Source: an uncultured Planctomycetaceae bacterium
Lineage (GTDB): Bacteria > Planctomycetota > Planctomycetia > Planctomycetales > Planctomycetaceae
Direction of reading: 5' to 3'
NCBI GenBank assembly: GCA_963813715.1
Contig: CAWFAK010000017.1
Location: 512,001 to 576,000, forward strand
DNA length: 64,000 nt
Below, one piece after another: positions 9,519-21,806 of this stretch. The position numbers and the translations under genes are program-made. The notes beneath the pieces were generated by a model. It was given only the letters and a program-made list of their open reading frames with translations. It ran no database searches and was not told where the DNA came from. Position 1 is the first letter of the stretch. Every line of letters starts with the position of its first letter.

Positions 9519-11853
9519 TCAGTCCAAGTCGAGATTCTGGAAGTTGCGGTTGCGATCGAGCACGGTGCCCCAGACTTTGGTCGAGGCCTGGTGACGCGAC
9601 GGGCCGAAGCTAATGATCGGTCCGATTCCCAGGTCGAGATCTCGAATCGATTCCAGAGCGTCGATCAGCTTTTCCGTCGTCAAGTCGGGTCCCGCACGCC
9701 GCAATCCCTCGACGAGGCACTCGGCCGCGATAAATCCCTCGAGTGAGATGAACCCGGGCTCCGCCTCGGGATGATACTTGTGCAACAGCTCCCGATAGCG
9801 AATGACGCCGGTCGCTGCCGATTGATAATGCGGGACGACTTGCGTGACGATTAGCCCCTCGCCGTATTGCGGGCCCATCTCTCGCAAGCGCTCCGCGAGA
9901 CTGTTGCCGCCCCCGGAGACCGAACCCAGCACGAGATTGATTTTGCGATCCTTGAGCCCCTTGATGAACTGGGCGGCGGCGGCGTAGGTCGGCACCATGA
10001 CGACCGCCTGGATTCGGTCGCGGTGCTCGAAGATTTTGTCCACGGCTTCGGCCGTCTGCAGCGTGTTGCGCTCGTAGCCGGTGCGGAAGATGTCCTTGGG
10101 ATGGACTCCGTAAGCGCGCAAGGTGCGCGCCGCGCCCTGAAACCCTTCTTCACCGTACGAATCGTTCTGGGCAAAGACGGCGATGCGATCGGCAGGAATC
10201 TGGCGGATTTTTACGAAGTAGTGAACCAGCGCCGACGTTTCCTCGCCGCTGCTGGCTCGGTAGTTGAAGACATAACGATCGGGTGGGTCGTGGCGGAGAA
10301 ACGCGGCCCCGCTAAAAGGGGCGAAGAAAAGCAGACGATGTGCCAGCGCATAGGGGACGGTGACCTTTGCGCTTGCAGTCCCGACATTTCCGACAATCGC
10401 AAGGACCTTTCGTTTCTCGAATAGGTCCCGCATGTTGGCGAGCGATCGTTCGGGCTCGTAGCCGTCGTCGAGCGCCGTCAGCTTCAGTTTTCTGCCGTTG
10501 ATGCCGCCTTCGTCGTTGACCGATTCGAGAAAGGTGCGGATTCCGAGAACGATGCTCATGCCGAAGTCGCGATTCGGGCCAGAGTAAGAGACTGTCGTCC
10601 CCAGCTCGATCGTCGAATCGGTGACGCCTTGGGTCGAAGTGATTCCCGAGGTCGGGAGTCCGTCTCCCTGCGGAGCCACCGGTGCCGGATTTCTCGATCG
10701 CACGCCAAGCCATGCACCGCAGGCGCCGAGCAAGACAACGGCTGCTGCCAAAATCGCCGCCAGAGGCTGCCACCGCCTCGCACGCTTTTTGACCCGATTG
10801 CGGCGCGACAGGCAGCGACATCGCACTCTGGAGGATCGAGTGGTGCGCGCTCAAGGGTTTGCCGCCCATCGCGAGATGAGCGGCCACGAGATCGGCGTGC
10901 ATCTCCGCAGCCGTCTGGTAGCGATCCTCCGGACTCTTCGCGGTGGCTCGACTGACAATCTGGGCGAACGCGTCGGGAACGGCGGCGTTTATCTTGCGAG
11001 GGTCGAGCGGCTCGCCGTGAACGTGCGCGAACATTACCTGCACGGTGCTCTCGATCTCGTGATACGGGGTCACACCGGTGAGCAGGCTGTAATAGGTGGC
11101 GCCCAGAGAATAGATGTCGGTGCGGGCGTCCAGGGTCTTGGACTGGCATTGCTCGGGACTCATGTAATACGGCGTCCCGATCACCTGTCCGGCCAGGGTC
11201 AATTGCTGGGTACCGGCCACTGTGCGTTTGGCGAGGCCGAAATCGGCCAGCTTGACCGTGCCCTCCGCGTTGAGCAGCAGATTGCTCGGCTTGATATCCC
11301 GGTGAATCATTCCCGCGGCATGCGCGGCGGCCAGCCCTTGGCAGGCATCCGACAGAATTCGCGTGGCTTCCAGCGGAGGAAAGGCGCCGCCTTGCTGCAA
11401 GGCCTGGGCGAGGTTACCCCCTTTCATCAACTCCATGACAATGTAGTCGGTCTGCCCCTCTTGCCCAATCTCATACAAAGCGACGACGTGCGGATGCGTG
11501 AGTCGCCCGGCCGCTTTCGCTTCGGCCAGAAAGCGGTTGCGGGTCGCTTCGTCGGCAGCGAGTTCCTCCGGCAGGATTTTGATCGCCACGTCACGTTCGA
11601 TCAGCGTGTCGAACGCGCGGTACACCACCCCCATTGCCCCCATGCCGAGCAACTCCACGATCTGATAGCGCGCGATGCTGCGGCCGATCCAAGACTCGGG
11701 CGCTTGGTGGGTTGCGCTCCGGCTTGCGCTTCGCGGCGACGAAGTGGAATCGGTGGTCAGCCGCGTCTGGGCGTTCCGCGAAGCATCGTCGCCGACGTCA
11801 AAGTTCGGCCGCGGTGGCGGGTTGGTGGGTTGTGGGGACTCGTCGCCGGCCAC
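9519..11853 (-). CDS. Membrane Ser/Thr protein kinase with C-terminal type-1 periplasmic-binding-protein (LivJ-like) ectodomain; frameshift near 10810
   Basis: LGMGAMGVVY, VAIK, HRDIKPSN, DFGLAK, GTPYYMSPEQ; basic + hydrophobic TM segment (KKRARRWQPLAAILAAAVVLLGA); GGINGRKL...DDGYEP, GNVGT. GTG start at 11853 with AAAGGA RBS. Confidence 0.85.
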
Positions 11854-12276
11854 GCGATATCCTTTGGCGTCAGGCTTCTCATGTCCCGCTGCGTGCTGGA
11901 ACCGCCTTTCAGCCGCGTGGGCGCTTGCGTCTTCTAACTCCTTTTGTAGCCGTAACGCGACCGCCGTTCCACTATCGCGTGTCCCAACGGCGACGCGCGT
12001 ATCACGTGCAGATCCAGGGAGCCAAGAGATCGGACAAGGCACGTAGCAATGATGCGCCGGTCTGGGGAGCGTGCGTTCTCACTACGCGTTCGATTGCCGG
12101 TTCAGGGCTGTCACTGCCATGAGTCTTACGATGCCTCAGGGCAACCGCGAGAAGTGATGCATGGGCTGCCGGTTGCGGCATGCCCGGTCGGTGCGAGACA
12201 ATCGGTCGTCGACTGAGCTGACTGGCGAGGCTCAAGAGACGTGCGACATCAACTCGGGGAAAAGAGCACCACAACC

Positions 12277-12699
12277 ATGAAGAAAAGCAAGAGCCCCTCG
12301 AAGGATTCAAAAGGGGGAAAGTCTCCCTCCAAACTCATCGATGCGAGAATCGAGGAGCTGGGTGACTGGCGGGGCGAGACGCTGGCTCGGATCCGCCTGC
12401 TCATCCAACAAGCCGTCCCAGACGTGGTCGAGGAGTGGAAGTGGCGAGGAGTTCCGGTGTGGTACCACGCCGGCATGATTTGTACTGGAGAGACGTATAA
12501 GAGTGTCGTAAAGGTGACGTTCGCCAAGGGAGCGGCTCTGGAGGACCCAGCCGGTCTCTTCAACTCCAGCCTGGAAGGCAACACCAGGCGGGCCATCGAT
12601 TTCCAAGAGGGCGACAAGATTAATGAAAAAGCGCTGAAGGCGCTGATTCGCGCCGCCGCGGCACTCAACGCCTCCAAGGGCGCCCAGCGGTCGCGATAA
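12277..12699 (+). CDS. DUF1801 (YdhG-like) domain protein
   Basis: LGDWRGETLARIR...EEWKWRGVPVW...ICTGETYKSVVKVTFAKGA...FNSSLEGNTRRAID. Confidence 0.9.
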   Translation: MKKSKSPSKDSKGGKSPSKLIDARIEELGDWRGETLARIRLLIQQAVPDVVEEWKWRGVPVWYHAGMICTGETYKSVVKVTFAKGAALEDPAGLFNSSLEGNTRRAIDFQEGDKINEKALKALIRAAAALNASKGAQRSR

Positions 12700-12783
12700 A
12701 GGTGTGATGCGCCTGGCGGGAACCTCTGACTCGCCAGATCGGCCAGAGGGTTTTAGTGATGGATTGCTGGATTCCGAGTCTGG

Positions 12784-15651
12784 CTAATGGCGCAGCACCT
12801 CGGCCAGGAACCGGCCCGTGTAGGAGGCTTTGCACGTCGCGATCTCTTCGGGAGTGCCGCAGGCGATCAGTTCGCCGCCCTTGTGGCCCCCCTCGGGTCC
12901 CAGGTCGATGACGTAGTCGGCTGTCTTGATCACGTCCAGGTTGTGCTCGATCACGACGACCGAATGCCCGCTATCGACCAGGCGGTTCAGGCTTTCCAAC
13001 AGACGATCGATGTCGGCAAAGTGCAGACCGGTTGTCGGCTCGTCGAGAATGTACAGGTTGTGCTTGCCGCGTTTGAGCTTGGCCAGCTCACCGGCCAGCT
13101 TGACACGCTGAGCTTCACCGCCCGAGAGGATCGTCGAGGGGTGGCCCAGCTTGAGGTAGCCCAGCCCCAGCTCGTTCAAGACAGCGATCTTGCGGGCGAT
13201 CGACGCTTCGTCGGCGAAGAACGCGACTCCCTCCTCGATCGGCATGTCGAGGACCTCGGCGATGTTCTTGCCGTGGTATTTGACCTCGAGCGTGTCTTGG
13301 TTGTAGCGGGCTCCCTTACAGGTCGGACAGACGACTTCCACGTCTGGCATGAAGGACAGCTGCGTCGTGATCGACCCTTCTCCGGTACATTCCTCGCAGC
13401 GGCCGCCTTTGACGTTGAAGCTGAAGGTCGATGCCGTGAAGCCGCGCTCCTTGGCCTGATCGGTCTCGGCAAACAGCGTGCGAATCGCGTCGTAGAAACC
13501 GATGTAAGTCGCCGGATTGGAACGCGAGGAGCGACCGATCGGCGACTGGTCGACGTCAATCACGTCGGTGATGTGCTCGCTGCCGATGAGTTCGTCGTGA
13601 TCGCCCGCCATCACGCGGCTGTCGTAGAGCAGCGAATACAGACGTTTGTGGAGGATCTCGTGAATCAATGAACTCTTGCCCGAGCCGGAAGCGCCCGTGA
13701 CGCAGACGAATTGCTCCAGCGGAATCTCGACGCGGACGTTCTTGAGATTGTTCTGCCGGGCGCCGCGGACAACGATCGATTTGCCGCTCGACGGCCGGCG
13801 CTGGCTCGGAATGCCGATGGTTTTCTTGCCGCTGAGATACTTGCCGGTGAGCGATTTGCCGTCTTTCAGGACCTGTTTCAAGGGACCGTCAGCCACGATG
13901 GTGCCGCCGTGCACGCCCGGGCCCGGACCGATTTCGACGATGTGATCGGCCGCCCGAATCGTGTCGGCGTCGTGCTCGACCACGATCACCGTGTTGCCGA
14001 GATCGCGCAGCCGCTTGAGCGTCTCGATCATTTTGACGTTGTCTTTGGGATGCAGCCCGATGCTGGGTTCGTCCAGTACGTACAACATGCCCATCAGGCC
14101 GGATCCAATTTGCGACGATAGCCGGATCCGTTGCGATTCCCCGCCCGAGAGGGTCGCTGAACGGCGATTCAAGCTGAGATAGTCCAGCCCGATCGCGATC
14201 AAGAGTTCCAACCGCGTGGTCACTTCGCGGACGATCGTCTCGGCGATCGCTCGCTGCCGGGCGGTCGGCTTGATCGATTTCAGGAAGTTGAGCAGCTCGA
14301 CGAGGTGCATCTCGCCCAACTCGAAGAGATTGCTGTCGCCGATCGTGACGAGACGGCGGGCTCGCTTCAGTCGAGCGCCGCCGCACTCCGGGCAGTCGTA
14401 TTCGACCATCACCTTTTTCAGGTACTCGTCCATGCCGGCGTTCGACGTGCCCTGTTTGCGGTATTGGCGATAGTGGTGCTCCAGTTGATTCACGACGCCG
14501 TTGAACTTCATCTTCTTGCCGGCGTGCTGCTGCCCGATCTTCGCCCCCGGCGGCAGAATGACCTCGAACTGCTCCCCTTTGGTGCCGTAGAGCAGCACTT
14601 GCACGTGCTTCTCGGCCAGATCTTTGAAGGGCGTATCGAGGCTGAATTTGTAGTGTGCGGCGAGGCTGTGCAGAATCCGGCCGCCCCAGCTGTCGGGGCT
14701 GTTGCTCATCGCCGCCTTGACGAACGCTTCCTCGTTCAGGGATCGCTTGGGATCGGGCACTAAGAGCGACGGATGGACGCGCATCGCCGTGCCGATGCCT
14801 GCGCACGTGGGGCATGCGCCCGCGGGGTCGTTGAATGTGAACTGGGCCTGGTGCATCTCGCCGGCGACAAGTCGATGCCGGGCGCAGCCGAACCCGTCGT
14901 AAAACTTCTTGTGCTCCTTGCCGAGTTGCTTGGGCTTCACGATATGAAAACCGAGCAGGCCGTCACCCAATTTCAGTCCATGCTCGAGCGAAGTGACGAC
15001 TTGCTGATCGATTCCCGGGCCGACGACGAACGAATCGATCACGGCTTCGACCGTATGCTCCTGTTCCTCATCGAGTTCGATATGCTCCCCGAGATCGCGC
15101 GGCTTGCCGTCGATTCGGGCCCGGCGGTAGCCGTTGACGCGAATTTGCTCGAAGAGATATTCGTAATCCTCGCCGTGAATCTTGTAGACGGGCGCACGGA
15201 CCTCGACCTCGGTGCCTTTCGGCAGAGACAGCAGATGTTCCATCATCTGATGCGGGGTGCGAATCGCGAGGGCCTCGCCGCACAACGGGCAGTGCGGCGT
15301 CCCCATGGTGGCGAACAGCATCCGCAGGTAGTCGGAGATGTCGGTCATTGTGCCGACCGTCGAACGGGGATTGGAGCCGACGGTCTTTTGATCGATCGAC
15401 ACGACGGGCGACAGACCGTTGACGAAGTCGACGTCTGGCTTTTTGAGCTGGCCGACGAAACGTTTGGCGAACGTCGACATCGACGCCAGCAGGCGCCGCT
15501 GCCCTTCGGCATAGATCGTGTCGAAGGCGAGCGACGACTTACCGGAGCCGCTCACGCCGGTGACAACGATCAGCTTGTCGCGCGGAATCTCCAGGTCGAC
15601 GTTTTGGAGGTTGTTCTCGCGCGCACCGCGAATCTGGATGGTCGTTCGCAT
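12784..15651 (-). CDS. uvrA: Excinuclease ABC subunit A family protein (UvrA, probably a paralog)
   Basis: [29 protein letters not shown], two ABC signatures ([16 protein letters not shown]), Zn-binding CxxC pairs, [13 protein letters not shown]; 955 aa. Confidence 0.93.
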   Translation of the reverse strand: MRTTIQIRGARENNLQNVDLEIPRDKLIVVTGVSGSGKSSLAFDTIYAEGQRRLLASMSTFAKRFVGQLKKPDVDFVNGLSPVVSIDQKTVGSNPRSTVGTMTDISDYLRMLFATMGTPHCPLCGEALAIRTPHQMMEHLLSLPKGTEVEVRAPVYKIHGEDYEYLFEQIRVNGYRRARIDGKPRDLGEHIELDEEQEHTVEAVIDSFVVGPGIDQQVVTSLEHGLKLGDGLLGFHIVKPKQLGKEHKKFYDGFGCARHRLVAGEMHQAQFTFNDPAGACPTCAGIGTAMRVHPSLLVPDPKRSLNEEAFVKAAMSNSPDSWGGRILHSLAAHYKFSLDTPFKDLAEKHVQVLLYGTKGEQFEVILPPGAKIGQQHAGKKMKFNGVVNQLEHHYRQYRKQGTSNAGMDEYLKKVMVEYDCPECGGARLKRARRLVTIGDSNLFELGEMHLVELLNFLKSIKPTARQRAIAETIVREVTTRLELLIAIGLDYLSLNRRSATLSGGESQRIRLSSQIGSGLMGMLYVLDEPSIGLHPKDNVKMIETLKRLRDLGNTVIVVEHDADTIRAADHIVEIGPGPGVHGGTIVADGPLKQVLKDGKSLTGKYLSGKKTIGIPSQRRPSSGKSIVVRGARQNNLKNVRVEIPLEQFVCVTGASGSGKSSLIHEILHKRLYSLLYDSRVMAGDHDELIGSEHITDVIDVDQSPIGRSSRSNPATYIGFYDAIRTLFAETDQAKERGFTASTFSFNVKGGRCEECTGEGSITTQLSFMPDVEVVCPTCKGARYNQDTLEVKYHGKNIAEVLDMPIEEGVAFFADEASIARKIAVLNELGLGYLKLGHPSTILSGGEAQRVKLAGELAKLKRGKHNLYILDEPTTGLHFADIDRLLESLNRLVDSGHSVVVIEHNLDVIKTADYVIDLGPEGGHKGGELIACGTPEEIATCKASYTGRFLAEVLRH

Positions 15652-15659
15652 AGGTCTCT

Positions 15660-16635
15660 TTAGATGTCGAGCAAATAGGCCGGCTCTTCGACCCGTTCGG
15701 TGCTGCGTTTGGTGAGCTTAAACGGAGCCGAAAGTTTCTGCAGCAAGCCTTTGCGTTCCAGCCATTCGCACGCCGATTCCAGGTGCCACGGGTACAACTG
15801 CGAGAACGCGAAGTGGTCGCTCATTTCCGACAGCGGAATCAGCCGGTTCTGTTTTTTGAGATAGGCGAGCAGCGGTTTCAGGTGGGCCTGGTAGTGCTCG
15901 TCAAGATAGCCGTCAATCGCGTCGAGCGCCTTCGAGAGCACGCGTCTGTTCTTGCGCTTGGCCAGCACGTCGAGATAGATGGTCTGAAAAAGTTCCGGCG
16001 CCCCCTCGATGGCCCGATAAATCACGTCGTCCTCCCAAACCTGGCCCCGGCGGATGATTTCGGTGTGGGCGACGCTGTGCGCAGGCGCCGAGCGTTTCCT
16101 GTGTCGCCAGCTCGAGGTCCCCCTTGATGTCTAGTCGCTTGCGGGCGTGGCGCAGCGCGTGGATGGTCCAGGTCGAGAACGTCAGCAGTTCCCGCTCCTG
16201 GTCCTTCGTTGCCATGCTGTTGGCCTTCTTGAACCAAGTCGCGATCGACGGATCCTGGCTGTACACGATCTCCCGCAGAGCAAAGAAGTTGCAGGAAAAC
16301 GCCGTCCGCGACGCTCCCTCGACCATTTGCTTGAAGCGGCTCCGCGGAATCACTTCGGCGTGAACGTTGATCCCGTTTTCAACCAGGATGCGGAAGACGC
16401 GTTCGTCATTGCCGTCGCTCGGCAGCCGGCGACTGACGCCGTCCGCCTCGATAATCCACAGTCCTAGTGATTCACGCCGCCAGACCGTTGTGGTTGACAA
16501 GCTCCCCACCAGGACGACGGCGAGGACGTAACGGTCCTCCGAAATCCGCTCGATCAACTGATCCAACGCGGCTTTGAACCGCGCGACTTTTTCGAGGCTG
16601 TCGTCGCCCTCGGTCATATCAACTTTTGGAGTCAT
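15660..16635 (-). CDS. Nucleotidyltransferase-fold (KNTase/YgxA-like) protein with degenerate catalytic motif; frameshift near 16085
   Basis: [26 protein letters not shown] aligns with the pol-beta-type hGS...SDhDh motif but lacks both Asp; helical C-terminal region. Ends 8 bp before the uvrA start. Confidence 0.65.
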
Positions 16636-16790
16636 GGGGTGTGCCTCGGATGGAAGTTCGCAGAATTCGAGCCCCGGCAAGAACGGCCGTGTCCGTCGGG
16701 TGCGGCCTCGTCGCGGGGACTCGACGATCGGGAACGACGCCAGATTATCAAGAATCGCGTCGCCGCGCCCGGTCGAGCGTTCTCGGCTCG

Positions 16791-16816
16791 GAGCCCTCGC
16801 TCACGCTTCGGGTTGG
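16791..16816. repeat. REP-like element (CCTCGCT[C/G]ACGCTTCGGGTT family)
   Basis: Near-identical to the copies at 21745-21806 and similar to 59324-59347. Confidence 0.75.
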
Positions 16817-16833
16817 TGGGGCGAATGCCGCGA

Positions 16834-17151
16834 CTATCTGACAAGTCCTCGGAGGAGCGGCTCGATCAGGTCATTCAGGCTTCGCAGCAGGGCCACATTT
16901 CGGAGAAGCCAAATGATCGGCCAATAGAAAACTTCGTAAGCCGGATAGAGGTCAAGTCCGTGGCGCCGGAGCACAAGCAAGGCAACATAGGCCGGGATGA
17001 TGCTCAGCGGATAGATCACCACCAAGCCCACCAGCGTCCAACCAATGGCCCAGCTGGCCCAAGTCGACGAACGCTCCGATCCTTCCGGCCTTGCCGCGTC
17101 TGCCGGCCGGGTCGCCGCGGTCTCCGGGTTCACATCGGCGCCAGCACTCAT
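16834..17151 (-). CDS. Small membrane protein, unknown function
   Basis: Hydrophobic WTLVGLVVIYPLSIIPA segment and FYWPIIWL motif; downstream of and co-oriented with the redoxin gene. Confidence 0.6.
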   Translation of the reverse strand: MSAGADVNPETAATRPADAARPEGSERSSTWASWAIGWTLVGLVVIYPLSIIPAYVALLVLRRHGLDLYPAYEVFYWPIIWLLRNVALLRSLNDLIEPLLRGLVR

Positions 17152-17211
17152 GCGAATCCCTCACACCCTCAAGTCGACCCTGCGTTTCGGTTTCGACCTC
17201 AACGGGACTCG

Positions 17212-20200
17212 TTATCGGCCGATCCGACGAGCCAGCTCCTTGTCCAGAGCCTCCGATGTGAGATCCTTGGCGGCGATCCGACCTTCGGGGTCGATGAGCC
17301 AAATTGAGGGAATCACTTCCGTCCCGTACGCGACCAGTGTCGTATTGTGCGCGTCCCAGGCGCCGGCCCAAACCTGACGCCAAGGCGTTTTGATAACCTC
17401 GATCGCCTCCTTGGCCTTGTCCGTCGTGTAATCGAAGTTCAGGCCCACAACGGTCACGCGGCCTTTGTATTTGCCTGCGACGGCTTTGAGCAACGGTTGG
17501 GACGCCACGCAAGGAGCGCACCAACCTGCCCAGAAATCCAGGGCCACGTACTTTCCATGCAGAGCCGCGAGGCTGATCGACTCGCCTTCTGCCGTGCTCC
17601 AAGCGAGCTGCGGGGCAATCGAGCCGACCTGCGGATGAAATGTCGCCTTCAATTCGAGCGGCGAGAGTGTGATTGCCTTGTCCGCAACGGTGAACTCGGC
17701 GCGGCCCGTTGCCAGGAGAATTCCCCAACCGCATGTTTGCAGCGGTCGCAGGCCATGGACGTCGACCAGCAGCATGTACCGGCCGGGTGCTAAGGCGTCG
17801 AAGCGGAACGAACCGTCCGGCTTGAGGACGGCAAACGTGGTGGGAAGGGTCAGATCCTCCTTGGCTGTCCCTTCAAGGACGGATTGAATCTGCGCGTTCC
17901 AGTCGGTCCGGTCGACCCCCCGCGGCGGCTCTGGCTTGGGCTCGATCCGCACCGGCGCACCCAAGACGTGCTGGTATCGAACTTTGTCCCTGGCAGCGGC
18001 GGATTCGCCGCAATGACGGGTCCTAACTCAACTTGACCGTTTACCGCCGGACCGTCATCCGCCAGGGTCACGTGAACCGCTTTGCCCGGTTCAACGCGGA
18101 TGATCTTGCCAGCGACCGTTCCTAGATTCGTGAACGCGCTAACTCGAAGCTCAAGAGCAGGCACATGCTCAATTACGAATCGCCCGGTGGCATCGGTCGT
18201 GGTCGAGAGATCAAATTGCAGCCGCTCGCGCGAGAGAGGATCGAGCTTGGGCCGAAACGCGTCTGCCGAAATGCGACATTGTTCCGCGGCCTGCCATCGG
18301 GGGCGTAGACTCCTTCGAGGCGCGCCCAGGGCGTCAGAATCACGGTTTGGCCCACGCTCATCTCACCGGCCGAGAGAACCGCATATCCCGCCTCGTGGAG
18401 GACCAAGAGCCGCCCGTTCGCGCCGGGCCACGCCAACTCGAACTTCCCGTCCGCACCGGCCGCGGTCCGCACCTCCGGCGTGAACCTGAGCACATCAAAT
18501 AGGGTTGTCCCGCGCACGAGCGCGTCGTTTTCCGGTCCGAGGAAAAAGAGTTCCGCTCTGGCGGCAGGCTTGTGCGCGGCCGTCAAGACCTTGCCGTGAA
18601 CGAGAAAGGCTTTTCTCAGCTTGACCAGGAACGGACCAGGTTTTTTGCCGGTGCTTGGGGAGGCGTGGTTGCGATCGCGTAGCCGGCGGCGGAGATCTTC
18701 GCCAAAAACTGAGTGGGCACGCCGCCCTGCAGCATGACGTACTTGACTTCGCGCCGGAAGTTGCCGTCTTTGGCTTCCAGAGGTTCCGCCCTGCTCAGAG
18801 CCGAGAACTTCCCACTCAACAACCACCCCATGGTCACTGCGAACTTCGTGATCGGCTGTCCGGACTGGTCATCAACGACCTTTCCTTCAATCACCGGGTA
18901 CGAGTACAGCGGGACGTCGCCGACATCGGCAAGGCCGGGCGCGATCGTGAAGCCAACATACAATCGACCCGGAGCGGATACCGAACCGACAATGGACCCT
19001 TCAGTAGGGAGGGCGCGAATCAGAAACCGCCCGTTGGCATCGGACCGCGCGACGCGCGTGACGTGCCTGGGGAAAGCGTTGGGAACCTGCCAAGAACCCG
19101 TACCGATTGTTGCGTTCGAGACGGGCCGGCCGGACTCATCCACAATCCGTCCCTGCACGGACCAGCCTTTGTCGAGCTTGATGTCGAGCGGTTTCATTTG
19201 CGAGGAGACGGTGATCCACGTAACCGCGGGGGCGAACCCGTCCGCGTAGATGGCGATGCTGCGGTGTCCGGCCGGGACTCCGCCAACCGAGAACGTGCCG
19301 TCGGCCTGCGTTCGGGTCGCACTCGAATTTTCAATCGCCTCCTCATCGGGGCCGGGCGTTTCATCATACGACTGCCCCGCAAGCACCAGGGCGTTGCCAA
19401 TCGGCGTGCCGGACGGATCGCGAACGATGCCGCGCAGCGAGAGACCGCGCTTCATCACTTGAAGGGCGGAGCCGTCGCGCAGGGCGTGAGTCGGTGGGCT
19501 CGACTGGCGAAAGTCGAACGGCCAGCCGCTGAAATCGGGATGATCCAGGCGGAAGTCGAGATGATCGAAGTCTGCCGGCAAACTCAGGGACCAGCGTCCG
19601 GTAGCATCGGTGATCGCCTCCCACTTGATACCTGTCGAATGATCTGTGACGGTGAGTAATACGTCGTTGATCGCCCGCCCCTGTTCATCAACAATCCGTC
19701 CGGAATAGACCGCCAGCGGAGCCAGCATTTTGGCGGAGGCCTTGGCGGGTGCGTGCTGCACGAGATCCGGCACTACGACCGTCGCGCGACTGACAATCTG
19801 AACCGCAGGAGCTGACTCGCCGGTCTTCAACGAAGCGCGAATCGTCCACCCGGATTCGGCCGGCAGCGGGCCGGCGAGAAGCCAGCCGCCCGCGAACGTC
19901 TCCAACCCGTCGCGCTGCGTGAATGAGACACCGTTGGGACCCGTGATCCGGAGCGTGACTTTTGCCCCGTCGACGGCTCGCCGCTCTTCATCGACGACTC
20001 GGCCAATGACAGTGCAAATGTCGCGGTCGAGCACGTAGTGTGTGTCGGGCGATGCGTCGGTGCGGATTGGTATGACAGCCATCCGCGTCACCCGCTGAGA
20101 GTAAGCGAGGACTGTCTTCGCTGCGGGCGGCAGGTCACTCAACCTGAACCGCCCCTGATCGTCGGTGTGAGATCCACGCCAGATGTTTTCCCCCGCGACG

Positions 20201-20424
20201 GCCACCATTGCTCGGCTCACTGGAAAGCCGGCACGATCGACGAGAATTCCGGCGAACGAACGCGGCGTCTTTGACTCTGTAGGCTCGCCGGCGGCTGCCG
20301 CCTGACTCTGGACGTTCACAGCCGTTAAGAGTGCTGCAATGAACAAACCTCGCAGGGCTCGAAGCCGGAGTCCGGCCACATCGGCGGATGAGGAGGAGTG
20401 ATTGCGAGCGCGCGCAGAACTCAT
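17212..20424 (-). CDS. Secreted multi carboxypeptidase-regulatory-like (beta-sandwich) domain protein with C-terminal TlpA/redoxin domain; ~3 frameshifts (near 18655, 18270, 17960)
   Basis: Signal peptide; repeated G-x-I/V-V-D-x-x-G-x-P and TD-x-x-G-R-F motifs; C-terminal GKYVALDFWAGWCAPC...IPSIWLIDPEGRI. Confidence 0.75.
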
Positions 20425-20592
20425 GAGTCGCCTCCTTCGAGTTGAAGCAACACCAGAGTACCACCGAGCCGCGTCGGCACCAAAACGAATCAGGGGCCCC
20501 CGAGTCGGGCCCAGAATTCAGCGCCCCCGTGACTCAGCAAATCTTAAGCCTTGTTCAAAGGCAATACGAATCGGCTATCCGGCGGGCGTGCA

Positions 20593-21705
20593 CTAGGTGG
20601 GCTTGCGCTCGATCAGTCCCTCGCAGGCGAGCGTTTCCGGACCGTTCTCCGTGCAGACCGCGTACTTCGCGCCGGAGAGCAGCGAGACGCCGGCGTGGCG
20701 GCCTTTGGCGTCGAGCACGTAGAAGGTCACGTCGAAGTTGGGATTGCCGTGGTGGTCGAGCAGCCGTTTCTCGATCGTGTTCGCTTTGATCCGCTTGCAC
20801 GCTTCCACCCCGGCGTCCTTGGGATGCATGCCTTGCCGCAGGCACTCGACGATCAGGAACGAGCAGAGGCCGAACAGATTCGCCTCGCCGCGCCCCGTCG
20901 AGCCGGCCGCGCCCACGCTGCCGTCGACGTACAGCCCGGCCCCCAGGATGGGCGAGTCGCCGACGCGGCCGGGGATCTTGAAAGCCAGGCCACTGGTCGT
21001 CGTCACGCCGCAGATTTCGCCTTTGGAGTTGATCGCGTCGCAGTTGATTGTGCCGTTCACGTGATGGACGTCGATCAACCCCTCCTCCGCCATTTTCCAG
21101 GTGGCTGCACGTCCCGCGTCGGACCGGCTCTTGGGGTCCAGATAGTGTGCCGGGTCGACGCGCCGCTTCCATTCCAGCCAAATTCGGCGTGATTTTTCGG
21201 TGTTGAGATCCGGCTCGATCTTGAAGCCCAGGTTCCGCGCGAACGACTGCGCGCCGGCCCCCACCAACAGATGATGGTCGGTGTCCTGCATCACGGCCTT
21301 CGCCACCAGCGACGGCGTCCGCACCCCCTCGAGCGCCGCCACGCCCCCCGCCCGCTTCTTCGGCCCGTGCATCACGCACGAATCCAACTGCACGACGCCG
21401 TCGGCATTCGGCAACCCGCCGTAGCCCACACTCGTTTCTTCGGGATCAAGCTCGAGGATGTTGACGCCGGCGATCACGGCGTCCAGCACGTCCGCGCCAT
21501 CGGTGACCATGGCGAACGTCTTCTCGACACACGTCACCGTGCCGCCGTTCTTGAAGTGATTTCCGTTGGCCGCGGAGATGACGACTGGCTTGAAACCCGG
21601 GCTCACAACCCGCGCCCGCTCCTGGCTCTGCGCCACCCCGGCTCCCGCAGCCACCAGGGCCGCCCCACTCATCACAAATTTGCGACGCGACAGTTCTTCG
21701 CTCAC
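20593..21705 (-). CDS. N(4)-(beta-N-acetylglucosaminyl)-L-asparaginase / isoaspartyl peptidase (Ntn hydrolase), Tat signal
   Basis: SRRKFV signal; SVGYGGLPN; NG|TINC autoproteolysis site; TTTSGLAFKIPGRVGDSPILGAG; TGRGE. Confidence 0.9.
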   Translation of the reverse strand: MSEELSRRKFVMSGAALVAAGAGVAQSQERARVVSPGFKPVVISAANGNHFKNGGTVTCVEKTFAMVTDGADVLDAVIAGVNILELDPEETSVGYGGLPNADGVVQLDSCVMHGPKKRAGGVAALEGVRTPSLVAKAVMQDTDHHLLVGAGAQSFARNLGFKIEPDLNTEKSRRIWLEWKRRVDPAHYLDPKSRSDAGRAATWKMAEEGLIDVHHVNGTINCDAINSKGEICGVTTTSGLAFKIPGRVGDSPILGAGLYVDGSVGAAGSTGRGEANLFGLCSFLIVECLRQGMHPKDAGVEACKRIKANTIEKRLLDHHGNPNFDVTFYVLDAKGRHAGVSLLSGAKYAVCTENGPETLACEGLIERKPT

Positions 21706-21744
21706 GATGAACTCCTCGAACCTTTGCTGCCTGCCACGAGTCCA

Positions 21745-21806
21745 GAGCCCTCGCTGACGCTTCGGGTTGGTGAAGCTACCCCCATTAACCCGAAGCGTCA
21801 GCGAGG
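21745..21806. repeat. Inverted REP doublet (REPIN-like hairpin)
   Basis: CCTCGCTGACGCTTCGGGTT (21749-21768) is the exact reverse complement of AACCCGAAGCGTCAGCGAGG (21787-21806). Confidence 0.85.
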
